The notes below the pieces were generated by a model. The model did not search any database. It was not told where the DNA came from and worked only from the letters and a program-made list of their open reading frames with translations. Made by a program: the position numbers and the translations under genes. Source: an uncultured delta proteobacterium (GTDB taxonomy: Bacteria > Desulfobacterota > BSN033 > UBA1163). Taken from it: a stretch of DNA of 40,000 nt. Shown here piece after piece: positions 18,466 to 26,567 of this stretch. Location of the stretch: assembly GCA_963826305.1 (NCBI GenBank), contig CAWGWZ010000004.1:123030-163029 (forward strand), written 5' to 3'. Within the stretch, counting starts at the first letter, position 1, and each line of letters starts with the position of its first letter.

Positions 18466-19398
18466 TCATTTTACCTTCCTCATCCAGAAACTTCCCGGCC
18501 ATCTTTCCTCTTTTTTGTATCCACTAAAAGCCCTTTCCAGTTTATCGGGATACTTTAAGTGCATATAGCTTCCAGCCCACAACACTTCAAAACTGTCGTT
18601 GAAAAGCAAAAATGCTTGGAGCAAGTATTGCTCAGTCCAAAATCTATAATCTTTTAAAATCCACTCTTTGCGATATTCCGCTGGCAAGAATATATCGTGA
18701 GCATGAATGATTACTCCTTTATTCAGTCTTGGCAATATTTCAAGATATTCATACTGGACATCACTTCCAATCTTTAGAACATGACTTGAGTCAATAAAAA
18801 GAATGTCATTCTCTTTCAATTCAGTGAACTCTGATAAAGGAATATCTTGAACATTTTTAGAGATCAATTTATAGAGACCAGGAAAACCGACCTTCAAACA
18901 ATCTTTTGGATATGGGTCGATCGCAACCAATTGAGATTCTCGACCACTCTCTTCTTTATTTTTCAGAATTGCTCGAGCAAACAAACGGGTCGAATCTCCG
19001 GACCCAATTTCAAAGATCTTTCCCGGGTTGAAATAGCGGACAATACAATACAAGATCTCTCCATCTACAGTTCCAAAGCTGAAGCTCCCATAATTCGTAT
19101 GATATTCATACGGCTTCTGGCTCGGGCTAATGGGTGGCCTATCATACTCATCTTTGAACTTGGACACAAAATCAGAGAGTAGTTTGAGTTGTCTCTCTTC
19201 ATTCATCCGAATGCCAACAAGTTCGGATTGACGTTGCCATAGTTCATCTTTAAGAGTTCTTGTATCAGGGATAGGTTCATAGTAGTGGTTCTTAGTTACG
19301 TGAAAGCCCACACTTTGCCATAATCGGAATAGCTTCTTAAAGAATATATTATTAATTTGACTCTGTGTAACCTTTATAATTCTTTGAAATGTGTACAT
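18466..19398 (-). CDS. Class I SAM-dependent methyltransferase (Methyltransf_24-like)
   Basis: 310 aa with IFEIGSGDSTRLFA, LVAIDPYP, DILFIDSSHV and GVIIHAHDIFLPAEY. Confidence 0.7.
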   Translation of the reverse strand: MYTFQRIIKVTQSQINNIFFKKLFRLWQSVGFHVTKNHYYEPIPDTRTLKDELWQRQSELVGIRMNEERQLKLLSDFVSKFKDEYDRPPISPSQKPYEYHTNYGSFSFGTVDGEILYCIVRYFNPGKIFEIGSGDSTRLFARAILKNKEESGRESQLVAIDPYPKDCLKVGFPGLYKLISKNVQDIPLSEFTELKENDILFIDSSHVLKIGSDVQYEYLEILPRLNKGVIIHAHDIFLPAEYRKEWILKDYRFWTEQYLLQAFLLFNDSFEVLWAGSYMHLKYPDKLERAFSGYKKEERWPGSFWMRKVK

Positions 19399-19449
19399 TT
19401 TACCACTAAACGTTTGTTAAACCCCAATTGCGCCTAATATGCATTAATT

Positions 19450-20634
19450 TCAAGCTTTTTTATATCCTGAATAAATTACTCGAAGCTGCTCCCCTACTTG
19501 CTCAGGGCTGAAGAGTGAAACTGCGTATTTCGAAATGTAATCGGGGGAGAAACTTTCCAAATGCTCAAGCATAAAATTGAGCCCGTCGCACAAAGCCTTT
19601 CCGTCTGCCGGTTCAACAATTAAGCCCACTTCCTCAGTGATAAACTCTTCCGGTCCTCCACAGCGAGCTGCCAGAACTGGGGTGCCTGTTACCAATGCTT
19701 CTGCAGCTATAACAGAAAAAGTTTCGAAAAGGCTCGGCAGAACAAGAATGTCAGCCCTACGCATGAAATCTGCTACGTCTCGTTTAGGTTTGAGACCATG
19801 AAATGTGACTTTCTCTGAGATTCCTAAGTCCTTAACCATGTGTTCGTAATCCTTTAGTGACGGGCCATCACCCACCATGTCCAGATGCCAATCCTTCCTA
19901 TGAAAATGCAGCATAGCTAATGCATTGAACAAATACGGCAAACCTTTCGATTCAGCCTTATCAGAAGAATCGAATAAACACACAACAAGCAGTCGCTTTA
20001 CATGACCTCTATGTTCCGGATTTGAATTGGGGTAGAATAAGCGGGTGTCTACTATATTAGGAACTACATGAAATCGAGCTTTTACTCCGTACTCTTGAAT
20101 AGATCGCTGCAAAGATTTGCTTACTGGCATTACTAAGTCTGCAAATTTAAAAGCAAATTTAGTCCCCCAAATGTCATAACGGTGTAAACGTTTTCTTGGA
20201 AAGTTGCTCGAATGTTCAGTCACGAGGACCGGTATTCTGTAAAGTTTGCCGATGATTACGGCAGGAACAGCTACATCATAAAAGTGGGCGTGAATAATGT
20301 CGGGTCGAAAACCAAGAGCAACAATCCGTCGGAACATTTGAAAGATGCTCCAAATATAGATGAAATATGTGACTCTGGGAACCGATACGTGACGATACCA
20401 GATTCGATATGTCGGAATCCCTGCAGCAAGATTCTTGTCAACCTCCTGGCTCATTCTCCATAACCCTTTGAGTCCCTGGTCTTGACCCACCATGTGGATC
20501 ACCGTCACATCATTGTAAAGCTGAACAGCCTTCGCCTGTTCACGAACAAAAGTACCTACGACCGGAATCTCCTTCGTGGGAAAACCCGAAGTAATAAACA
20601 AAACTTTTAAACGCCCCATCGCCAGATTTCCCAA
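19450..20634 (-). CDS. GT4-family glycosyltransferase
   Basis: 394 aa with RLKVLFITSGFP and ADILVLPSLFETFSVIAAEALVTGTPVLAARCGGPEEF. Confidence 0.9.
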   Translation of the reverse strand: MGNLAMGRLKVLFITSGFPTKEIPVVGTFVREQAKAVQLYNDVTVIHMVGQDQGLKGLWRMSQEVDKNLAAGIPTYRIWYRHVSVPRVTYFIYIWSIFQMFRRIVALGFRPDIIHAHFYDVAVPAVIIGKLYRIPVLVTEHSSNFPRKRLHRYDIWGTKFAFKFADLVMPVSKSLQRSIQEYGVKARFHVVPNIVDTRLFYPNSNPEHRGHVKRLLVVCLFDSSDKAESKGLPYLFNALAMLHFHRKDWHLDMVGDGPSLKDYEHMVKDLGISEKVTFHGLKPKRDVADFMRRADILVLPSLFETFSVIAAEALVTGTPVLAARCGGPEEFITEEVGLIVEPADGKALCDGLNFMLEHLESFSPDYISKYAVSLFSPEQVGEQLRVIYSGYKKA

Positions 20635-20712
20635 ATTTTGAACTTCAGAATGGCAGTGTTAGCCTGATCAGTACAATTAAAGAGCCTACTAACCATTCAA
20701 AATAGCAAACAA

Positions 20713-22872
20713 TTATTCATCGAGATAAGGCTGGATTTCGATGAAGTTGAATATCAATTCCTGTCCCACAGGGCCGCCTGACTCTTCGTCATTCCTCCAA
20801 TCTTTCACTGTTAGTCTTGCAGTTGTGCTCTTTGCACGAAATACACGCCAATGGTATTTCATCCAATATGGGTATTTTTGATTGAATTTACCAAGAGCAT
20901 GTGCATAGTTGTTTGGAAAGGTGAATTGAAACGCTTTTTTCTGTCCGGACAATAAGTCCGCATTGTCGAGATGGATCGACAAAGCGTGATCAGCCTTGAC
21001 AGATCTCTCCTGCACCAAATCTTGATAATCCCCTGTGATCATCTTCAAGGAATAGACTTGGCCAGGTGTGAGGTCTTTTATCTCCTGGCTAAACATATTT
21101 GGTTTTTTCGCACTACGCTTCATCCAAAGGAAAGTATCTCCATCATTGGTACGCGGATATCGTCCCTGGAGCCAACTATAGCCGTTGTAAGTGAGTGGTT
21201 TTGCACTCTCTTCCTCAGCAGGCAAGACAGTCCACGCATTTTCCCCCACGGCAAAATCTGGATTCTCGATGTGTGTCAGCTTATAAGGATCTTTGGCTAA
21301 TGGCTCAGTATTACCTTCGATACAATAGTGGCGATACAGACGACCTATCCACCTAATCGTCTCCTCGTCACAGTATGAGCTATGATATTCCTGGATTCCG
21401 CCGAGCCCAAAGAAGGCCGGATGGGTTGCTAAAAAGCGAAACTGCATGTCCATATACACTTTGAAATTAACGGTCGGGTCGGTATTAAGACTTTCGGTAG
21501 GTTGAGACATACATCCCAAGGCTATGACCATCCGACGCGTCGAGCCTGGAAGGTTATTTTCCCATCGACCCATCTCTTTCAGGAGACTTAGCTTGATGAA
21601 TGCCATAGCCTTTTCTTCTGTGGGCTGTTCAGTGAGATATCGTTCTCGGACTATATACCCTCCCTTTTCAATACAGGCCTTTAGGAATTCCGTAGATCGG
21701 TCTCCCCCGTTAAATGGACCCCCATAATAAGGCATAAAAGACTTTCCTTTGAATTTTGAATTGGAGTAAATCCGCTCCACCGCCTCTCGATAGAGGTCAT
21801 AGACTGTATCGTCTCCGCCTATAAATTCGTCAACGATGATGCCGTCCATGAGTGGATGTCGAAGACCGATGTAATTTGACCAGTACTTGTAGACTTCATC
21901 TGCAGCTGCCACACCGGTTTTCGTGAGTTTCGGCAAATAGGCGATCGACATCCATTTCTTCCCCCCATTTTTCCACTCTTTCAAATGCGGCGGCTCCGAC
22001 CCTTCGCTAATCATTACGTTCACATTGGGCAATATATCTTTGGACAAAAATTTCCAGTCATAAGGCCCGTAAGGGTGTATATGGGGATGCAGGTCATAAA
22101 AAGCATACTGTAGCATCGGAATAGACCGGACAATAAGATTCTTAAGGAAAGCTTTGCCCTTCCGTCCAACAAAGATGGTGTGTTTACCAGCAGGTAGAAA
22201 TCGCATAGCTTCGAGAGAAGGCTCGGTGCTATCTGAATGGACGATTACCGCTTCCTCCCTTGAATTTGAGTCTACCGAAACCCAGACTTCGCCGCCTTTC
22301 GTAATTTCAACTTCGGTTTTAACGTATACCCACCTATCGTAGGGATTATTGAAGACATACCTGTTGCGTATGCTTAAGGCCGCATTTTCCTGAACATTGA
22401 GCAGCTCCCAGACGAAGTTGTTCAAGATTTTAACGCCTTTGAAAATCTCCGGTTGGCCTTTCCAGAAAAAAGTTGATGTGGCTTCCTCACCAATAACCGT
22501 GCCTTCCGATCCTATTACATTGACATGAACAGCATACTCTCCCGCTGGAAGAGTTTTCATATCAAATTCAACATCTGTCTCGTTAGATACATCTGAAATA
22601 ATTTTCTGAATAATTGGCTTATTAGATTCGGAGAGCAATAGGTCTGCTCGAACCTTGCTTCCTAAGGGCATTGATTGTATTAGACGATTATCTATGGTTA
22701 GTGTAATCTTTCCTGGATCAGGATAAGTATGTATCTCCAGACTACCGGAATACTTAATACCAGCTTTTGGGCTCACAAAAGCACATGACAAAAACAAGGA
22801 GAAAATGATTAACTGAAGCCCCACACTTAGAATCACAAAAACCCCCTGGGGAACGTTGTTCAATTCTTTCAC
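20713..22872 (-). CDS. Exported 719-aa protein of unknown function (possible polysaccharide-active enzyme with a C-terminal beta-sandwich/CBM-like domain)
   Basis: Long intact ORF with an N-terminal hydrophobic signal-like segment (VFVILSVGLQLIIFSLFLSCAFV). The C-terminal NPDFAVGENAWTV..LTVKDW..ELIFNFIEI looks like a jelly-roll module. No catalytic family recognised. The first ~10 codons (GTG start) are built from a Box B repeat, so the true start may be GTG 22836. Confidence 0.7.
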   Translation of the reverse strand: MKELNNVPQGVFVILSVGLQLIIFSLFLSCAFVSPKAGIKYSGSLEIHTYPDPGKITLTIDNRLIQSMPLGSKVRADLLLSESNKPIIQKIISDVSNETDVEFDMKTLPAGEYAVHVNVIGSEGTVIGEEATSTFFWKGQPEIFKGVKILNNFVWELLNVQENAALSIRNRYVFNNPYDRWVYVKTEVEITKGGEVWVSVDSNSREEAVIVHSDSTEPSLEAMRFLPAGKHTIFVGRKGKAFLKNLIVRSIPMLQYAFYDLHPHIHPYGPYDWKFLSKDILPNVNVMISEGSEPPHLKEWKNGGKKWMSIAYLPKLTKTGVAAADEVYKYWSNYIGLRHPLMDGIIVDEFIGGDDTVYDLYREAVERIYSNSKFKGKSFMPYYGGPFNGGDRSTEFLKACIEKGGYIVRERYLTEQPTEEKAMAFIKLSLLKEMGRWENNLPGSTRRMVIALGCMSQPTESLNTDPTVNFKVYMDMQFRFLATHPAFFGLGGIQEYHSSYCDEETIRWIGRLYRHYCIEGNTEPLAKDPYKLTHIENPDFAVGENAWTVLPAEEESAKPLTYNGYSWLQGRYPRTNDGDTFLWMKRSAKKPNMFSQEIKDLTPGQVYSLKMITGDYQDLVQERSVKADHALSIHLDNADLLSGQKKAFQFTFPNNYAHALGKFNQKYPYWMKYHWRVFRAKSTTARLTVKDWRNDEESGGPVGQELIFNFIEIQPYLDE

Positions 22873-22877
22873 TTTTT
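22846..22877. repeat. Box B copy (overlaps the annotated start of the 719-aa ORF)
   Basis: Plus strand CTGGGGAACGTTGTTCAATTCTTTCACTTTTT. Gene-sense consensus is about GAAAAGTGAAnGAnTnnAACAACGTCCCCnnGG. Confidence 0.8.
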
Positions 22878-22926
22878 TTATTCAGTGGAGATCATAGAGA
22901 AGTCATTCGCCGCAAGACGCGAAGGA

Positions 22927-22975
22927 GGCTCCGGGGTCAAACCTTCAAAATTCAATTTCAATCGTTGGCAGCGTT
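22927..22975. repeat. Box A copy 1
   Basis: GGCTCCGGGGTCAAACCTTCAAAATTCAATTTCAATCGTTGGCAGCGTT, about 55 nt upstream (gene sense) of the 719-aa ORF. Confidence 0.9.
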
Positions 22976-23104
22976 CAGATCCTTAGGATCGTTGATACCG
23001 TTGGAAGAAGCTGAAAGCACAAAGCAGCTTAGTCAATGAGTCATTCAGTTATTAGGTCATTGGGTCAACTATAAGCTCAAAGTTCAAAGCTGAATGCTCA
23101 AAGG
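22976..23104. repeat. Composite short-tandem-repeat block (9-mers ..CGTT, 8-mers GTCATTGR, 7-mers AGCTSAA)
   Basis: ..cagatccttaggatcgttgataccgttggaagaagctgaaagc..agtcaatgagtcattcag..ggtcattgggtcaac..agctcaaagttcaaagctgaatgctcaaagg. Confidence 0.85.
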
Positions 23105-23187
23105 TGGAAGCGTACATGCGTTGAAGCGTTAACATGTCTATAGATCGTAGTGTCATAAGGTATATTGGGTCTATTGCATGGTAAGGC

Positions 23188-23454
23188 TTATTTATAAACA
23201 TCCCCTCTGAAGTCTATTCTTTCAACAGATATTACTCTTTCATTCTTATTCACCTCAAATATTATCCTTAACTTTCCTTTCCTCAGCCTGTAATAGCCTT
23301 CCCAATCTCCTACAAGTTTCTTTAAATCAATATTAACACTGCCCCCTTTCATTTTCATTAAAAACTTCTTTAATTCTTCTCTTACCTCGACGTGAACATC
23401 TTGCCTATCAATAAATTTTTCAGCGTCCCTGGAGTATTCAATTCTCCATTTCAT
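23188..23454 (-). CDS. RelE/ParE-superfamily type II toxin
   Basis: 88 aa: MKWRIEYSRDAEKFIDRQD..LVGDWEGYYRLRKGKLRIIFEVNKNERVISVERIDFRGDVYK. This is the typical RelE/ParE fold pattern. 4-nt overlap with the upstream small gene. Confidence 0.85.
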   Translation of the reverse strand: MKWRIEYSRDAEKFIDRQDVHVEVREELKKFLMKMKGGSVNIDLKKLVGDWEGYYRLRKGKLRIIFEVNKNERVISVERIDFRGDVYK

Positions 23455-23651
23455 ACTTCTACGGTCTCGCTATAAGCTGCTTCTTCTCCTGTCGATGGTT
23501 TACCATATAGCTTCTCAATATCCTCCATCTCCTCCTTAGAAATCGAAGGTATACTTCTCAGAAAGAATTCCAATGTTTCCTCCTCCAAGACTTCCCTTAC
23601 AGCTTTTTTTATAAGACCGTAAAGTTCATTTTTATCAATGATTACTTCCAC
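23451..23651 (-). CDS. Putative antitoxin of the RelE/ParE-like toxin (GTG start)
   Basis: 66-aa acidic ORF directly upstream of and overlapping the toxin, with AGGAG 6-8 nt upstream of the GTG. Assigned by position only. Confidence 0.6.
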   Translation of the reverse strand: MEVIIDKNELYGLIKKAVREVLEEETLEFFLRSIPSISKEEMEDIEKLYGKPSTGEEAAYSETVEV

Positions 23652-23682
23652 TTCTTTTCTCCTTTCGACTATTCATGTAGCT

Positions 23683-23691
23683 ATTATAACA
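23683..23691 (-). promoter_or_regulatory. Extended -10 candidate (TGTTATAAT) for the RelE/ParE cassette
   Basis: Gene sense TGTTATAAT, about 30 nt upstream of GTG 23651 and about 28 nt downstream of Box A copy 2. No good -35. Confidence 0.35.
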
Positions 23692-23718
23692 CAAGTCAAA
23701 ATAAAGATATAGACTAGA

Positions 23719-23765
23719 GACTCCGGGGTCACCTTCAAAATTCAATTTCAATCGTTGGCAGCGTT
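23719..23765. repeat. Box A copy 2
   Basis: GACTCCGGGGTCACCTTCAAAATTCAATTTCAATCGTTGGCAGCGTT, between the vapC stop and the RelE-cassette start. Confidence 0.9.
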
Positions 23766-23800
23766 TGGATCCTTCGCATAGAAGGGAGCTTCGCTGGAAT

Positions 23801-23850
23801 GTCATTGGTTTGTTTGGTTTTCCTGGTTTCTTTGGTTTGTTTAGTTTCTT
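23801..23850. repeat. Nonamer array (NNNNNNGTT family)
   Basis: gtcattggtt tgtttggtt ttcctggtt tctttggtt tgtttagtt. Confidence 0.85.
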
Positions 23851-23878
23851 TTATTAAATGGCGTCAGACAAGACACTT

Positions 23879-24313
23879 TCAACGACTTAATCCGAAATCA
23901 GCCAGTAATCGAATGGAAGGTTTCTGTTTAGTGCTCTTTTTAATTCTTCTATAAAATCTCTTATCTGCTGTTATAAACTCAAAACTTAATTCTTCGGCCA
24001 GCGCAAGATAAGTAGCGTCATAACAGGTTAAATCAAATTCTTTTGCGAATTCAACAGTTTTACCTAACAAAGTAACGGTTGGAGTAATGATTTCTATCCC
24101 CATACCAAATAGCGTGTCCAATGCTTCCTGAATTTCCTCTATCGAAAAACTCGCGTTGTAACGTAAGGCATTTGCAATTTCAAAGAGCAAGAGATCAGGA
24201 ACAACAATCTCTCTTTCTCCAGCATAGAACTCTTCGCGAAGTTTGAGTGCTCGACCGCTGTCCGCTTCATTTACAAACCATTTCAAAACCACGGATGCGT
24301 CTAAAACACTCAT
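23879..24313 (-). CDS. vapC: PIN-domain ribonuclease toxin VapC
   Basis: MSVLDASVVLKWF (first acidic D), ..PDLLLFEIANAL.., ..CYDATYLALAEE.., ..ITADKRF. These are the PIN acidic residues. The track ORF starts at 24355, but Met 24313 gives the classic ATGA overlap with the antitoxin stop. Confidence 0.9.
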   Translation of the reverse strand: MSVLDASVVLKWFVNEADSGRALKLREEFYAGEREIVVPDLLLFEIANALRYNASFSIEEIQEALDTLFGMGIEIITPTVTLLGKTVEFAKEFDLTCYDATYLALAEELSFEFITADKRFYRRIKKSTKQKPSIRLLADFGLSR

Positions 24314-24507
24314 CGAGCCTCTCTCCATTTCCTGATCGTGGAGACACTGTCCCAACCCTTTGGAACGGGATGATTCTCTCTGATCTTATCCTGTGTCTCT
24401 ATGGCAACCTTAATCTTGTCTTTATCCCGTAACCTTGCCCCTATGAGATAACTTATTCGTTTCTCAACAAGGCTCACTTTATCATAGTTATCAATAATCT
24501 TATCCAT
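24310..24507 (-). CDS. VapB-type antitoxin (small, C-terminal ..IRKWREAR)
   Basis: 65-aa ORF overlapping vapC by 4 nt. Assigned by position and size. Confidence 0.65.
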   Translation of the reverse strand: MDKIIDNYDKVSLVEKRISYLIGARLRDKDKIKVAIETQDKIRENHPVPKGWDSVSTIRKWREAR

Positions 24508-24572
24508 TTCTTACCCCCCCCGCTCTTTACCTGGACTTCACCATAACTGCCTTTGGACTAGTTTCTTTTGTT

Positions 24573-24601
24573 ATTTTATCATTTCAGATATTCACTAGCA
24601 A
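24573..24601 (-). promoter_or_regulatory. Sigma70-like promoter candidate for the vapBC cassette
   Basis: Gene sense TTGCTA-N17-TAAAAT (-35 at 24601-24596, -10 at 24578-24573), about 65 nt upstream of ATG 24507 and downstream of Box A copy 3. Confidence 0.45.
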
Positions 24602-24639
24602 CGGAATTATTAAACCAGTTTCGTGCGTTTTTGTTCAGA

Positions 24640-24686
24640 GGCTCCGGGGTCACCTTCAAAATTCAATTTCAATCGTTGGCAGCGTT
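24640..24686. repeat. Box A copy 3
   Basis: GGCTCCGGGGTCACCTTCAAAATTCAATTTCAATCGTTGGCAGCGTT, between the hicA stop and the vapB start. Confidence 0.9.
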
Positions 24687-24775
24687 CAGATCGGTAATAC
24701 CGTTGGAAGAAGCTGAAAGCTCAAAGCTGAAAGCGTTGATCGTAAAGAACGTTTGGATCGTTAACAACCTCTATA
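24687..24775. repeat. Composite 9-mer/7-mer block
   Basis: cagatcggtaataccgttggaagaagctgaaagctcaaagctgaaagcgttgatcgtaaagaacgtttggatcgttaac. Confidence 0.85.
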
Positions 24776-24788
24776 AGCTCGGCTTTGT

Positions 24789-25030
24789 CTACAATTTTCT
24801 CAGGATCTTGACAAACTCCACCTTTGTCAGTCCCATTTGCTCAATGATAGAGAGCAAAGTGCCTCTCGGAATTTCATCTCTATGAGGAATAATGACAAGG
24901 TGGGTCTTCTCCTCCGTCTTCTTTACAAACGCGGAATGGCTTCCCTTGCCCCCTTCGGAGCAGGTTCAAAACCCAAATATCTCAGGATTTTTATGACCTT
25001 TTTTGAAGAAAGTATAGGAAGTTTCGGCAT
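24789..25030 (-). pseudogene. hicA: HicA-family toxin, frameshifted (1 nt short in the G-run near 24943-24945)
   Basis: Hand translation from ATG 25030 gives MPKLPILSSKKVIKILRYLGFEPAPKGAREAIPRL*. Shifting one base restores ..GARGSHSAFVKKTEEKTHLVIIPHRDEIPRGTLLSIIEQMGLTKVEFVKILRKL* (GSH motif), ending at 24789. Confidence 0.75.
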
Positions 25031-25269
25031 TAAAGGACCAGTTCAAAGCTACCAGTAAACTTCTCCCTCACTGTAAGGCTCTCTTCTATGTCTTCCATTA
25101 AGTCCAGTTCTTTGGCGTTCTCAATATAAAGTTCTACTGCCTCTTTGAGATTGGCCACGGCTTCTTCAAATGTATCTCCACAACTGGCCACACCCAACTC
25201 AGGGCATTTAGATACAAAACCCCTTCTTTCTTTCCAGACAACTGCCGTATACTCAAGAATTTTCATCAT
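25030..25269 (-). CDS. hicB: HicB-family antitoxin (UPF0150-like)
   Basis: 79 aa: YTAVVWKERRGFVSKCPELGVASCGDTFEEAVANLKEAVELYIE. Its stop overlaps the hicA ATG by 1 nt. Confidence 0.85.
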   Translation of the reverse strand: MMKILEYTAVVWKERRGFVSKCPELGVASCGDTFEEAVANLKEAVELYIENAKELDLMEDIEESLTVREKFTGSFELVL

Positions 25270-25383
25270 TCACTCCTCTCTTCTCGTCTATAATTCTGCC
25301 AAACTCGTCCGCTTTTAACAAGCCTATCACTGCATCTGCCCATGGGCACGTCGCTGCGAAGCTGGCCCCAGTGCAATATCTAT

Positions 25384-25415
25384 CCGAGGGGACGTTGTTC
25401 ACTCCTTCACTTTTC
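25384..25415. repeat. Box B copy
   Basis: CCGAGGGGACGTTGTTCACTCCTTCACTTTTC, upstream (gene sense) of hicB 25269. Confidence 0.8.
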
Positions 25416-25589
25416 TTCTTTCCGTTGAGAGCGTTGGCCATAAGCTCGAAGCTGAAAGCTCAAAGGTGAGACTTCAAACCCTTTCAAAATCGTTTTGATC
25501 TATACCTCATTGCTTTAGCATTCCCCTAATCGTCCCTTGTTTAAGATCCTTGTTTCCTTAGTCAGGAATTACACTCCCTCTTCCTGTCA

Positions 25590-25622
25590 CTGAGGGGACG
25601 TTGCTTACTTCGTTCACTTTTC
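25590..25622. repeat. Box B copy
   Basis: CTGAGGGGACGTTGCTTACTTCGTTCACTTTTC, in the gene-less junction 25441-25715. Confidence 0.8.
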
Positions 25623-25715
25623 TGATTCCGTTTGGATCGTTGGGATCGTTAAGGACGTTTGGAGCGTAAATACTTAATGTGTTATAGCATGGATCATGGA
25701 AATATCAATATCATC

Positions 25716-25940
25716 TTAGGCATAGGCGAGTCTACCTTTTGGCTGTGGTATTTCTCTTCCCAAACTCAGTGCAGTATCTATCCACTCCGAAATAACAACT
25801 TCCGCATTTTTTATTGCTTCCTCATAGGTCAGTCCATCAGCCATACATCCAGGGAGCTCAGGAACTTCAATGATATACCGACCGTCTTCTTCGCTCCAAA
25901 AAATAATGAGTTCATACTTGTACATTTTAAACTCCTTCAT
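25716..25940 (-). CDS. hicB: HicB-family antitoxin
   Basis: YKYELIIFWSEEDGRYIIEVPELPGCMADGLTYEEAIKNAEVVISEWI. The likely true start is ATG 25925, 1 nt after the hicA stop. Confidence 0.85.
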   Translation of the reverse strand: MKEFKMYKYELIIFWSEEDGRYIIEVPELPGCMADGLTYEEAIKNAEVVISEWIDTALSLGREIPQPKGRLAYA

Positions 25941-26178
25941 GCAGCTTGTATTTAAAGATGATTACTCTAACCTGCTTGACCTGATAAGCTTTTGCTTTTC
26001 CGTCTTTAAGTGGTTGCAAGTTAATAATTTCTTCAATTCCCTCTCGGTAGTGGATATGATGGTCTCCCTTCATTCTTACAGAAAACCCAAAATCGTTCAA
26101 GAGCTTTGTGAGATCTTGAAACCGGATATTTTTATCAGCCAACCCACTAAGAACTCTATTTAACGTTTTCTTATCCAT
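25927..26178 (-). CDS. hicA: HicA-family toxin
   Basis: 83 aa: ..IRFQDLTKLLNDFGFSVRMKGDHHIHYREG..INLQPLKDGKAKAYQVKQV. YcfA/HicA-like pattern, immediately upstream of a hicB. Confidence 0.8.
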   Translation of the reverse strand: MDKKTLNRVLSGLADKNIRFQDLTKLLNDFGFSVRMKGDHHIHYREGIEEIINLQPLKDGKAKAYQVKQVRVIIFKYKLHEGV

Positions 26179-26202
26179 TATTTAATCCAGAAGAAAATAG
26201 AT

Positions 26203-26236
26203 CCAAGGGGACGTTGATGAAAATTGTGACTTTTCC
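26203..26236. repeat. Box B copy
   Basis: CCAAGGGGACGTTGATGAAAATTGTGACTTTTCC, just upstream (gene sense) of hicA 26178. Confidence 0.75.
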
Positions 26237-26277
26237 AAAAGGACCCAAACAGCGGGTCACTAAACCATAACGGGACG

Positions 26278-26311
26278 CCATGGGGAACGTTGTTGAAAAA
26301 TGACACTTTCC
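26278..26311. repeat. Box B copy
   Basis: CCATGGGGAACGTTGTTGAAAAATGACACTTTCC, in tandem with the 26203 copy. Confidence 0.75.
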
Positions 26312-26315
26312 ATCT

Positions 26316-26518
26316 TGGCTTATTGGGTTGATCTGGTTTATTTGGTTTATCTGGTTTAGAGCGTTGAGATCGTTGAGAACATTGGCCATGAGGTGAAAGC
26401 GAAAAGCATCAGAGCGTTGATGCGTAGGAGCGTAAATGCGATAAAACCCTTGATCGTTCGGATCATTGAGATTGTTGAGATCCTTGAGTTCGTTGAAAAC
26501 GTTTTGAACGTTTGGGAT
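26316..26518. repeat. Long degenerate nonamer array (..GTT every 9 nt)
   Basis: tattgggtt gatctggtt tatttggtt tatctggtt tagagcgtt gagatcgtt gagaacatt ... gatcgttcggatcattgagattgttgagatccttgagttcgttgaaaacgttttgaacgtttggg. It generates the spurious ORF 26171..26530 (..LNDLNALNQINQINQIN..). Confidence 0.9.
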
Positions 26519-26567
26519 GAAAATGACCATTCCCTCAAAACCTGAGGGTATAGCGCCTACCGAAAGA

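Noticed and set aside
292-22342. Numerous plus-strand ORFs in the track (e.g. 292..507, 3084..3539, 9488..9856, 10255..10659, 13128..13507, 17219..17566, 20971..21300)
   Set aside because: All are antisense to long, family-assignable minus-strand genes. They have low-complexity or atypical composition and no recognisable motifs, so they are shadow ORFs.
26171-26530. ORFs 26171..26530, 26356..26538, 27105..27299, 30131..30334 and 25253..25441 (minus strand) as small proteins with N-x-L / E-I-N repeats
   Set aside because: They are read straight through degenerate 9-nt tandem repeats and Box B copies. A period divisible by 3 keeps frames open. They have no RBS or family resemblance and overlap junction elements.
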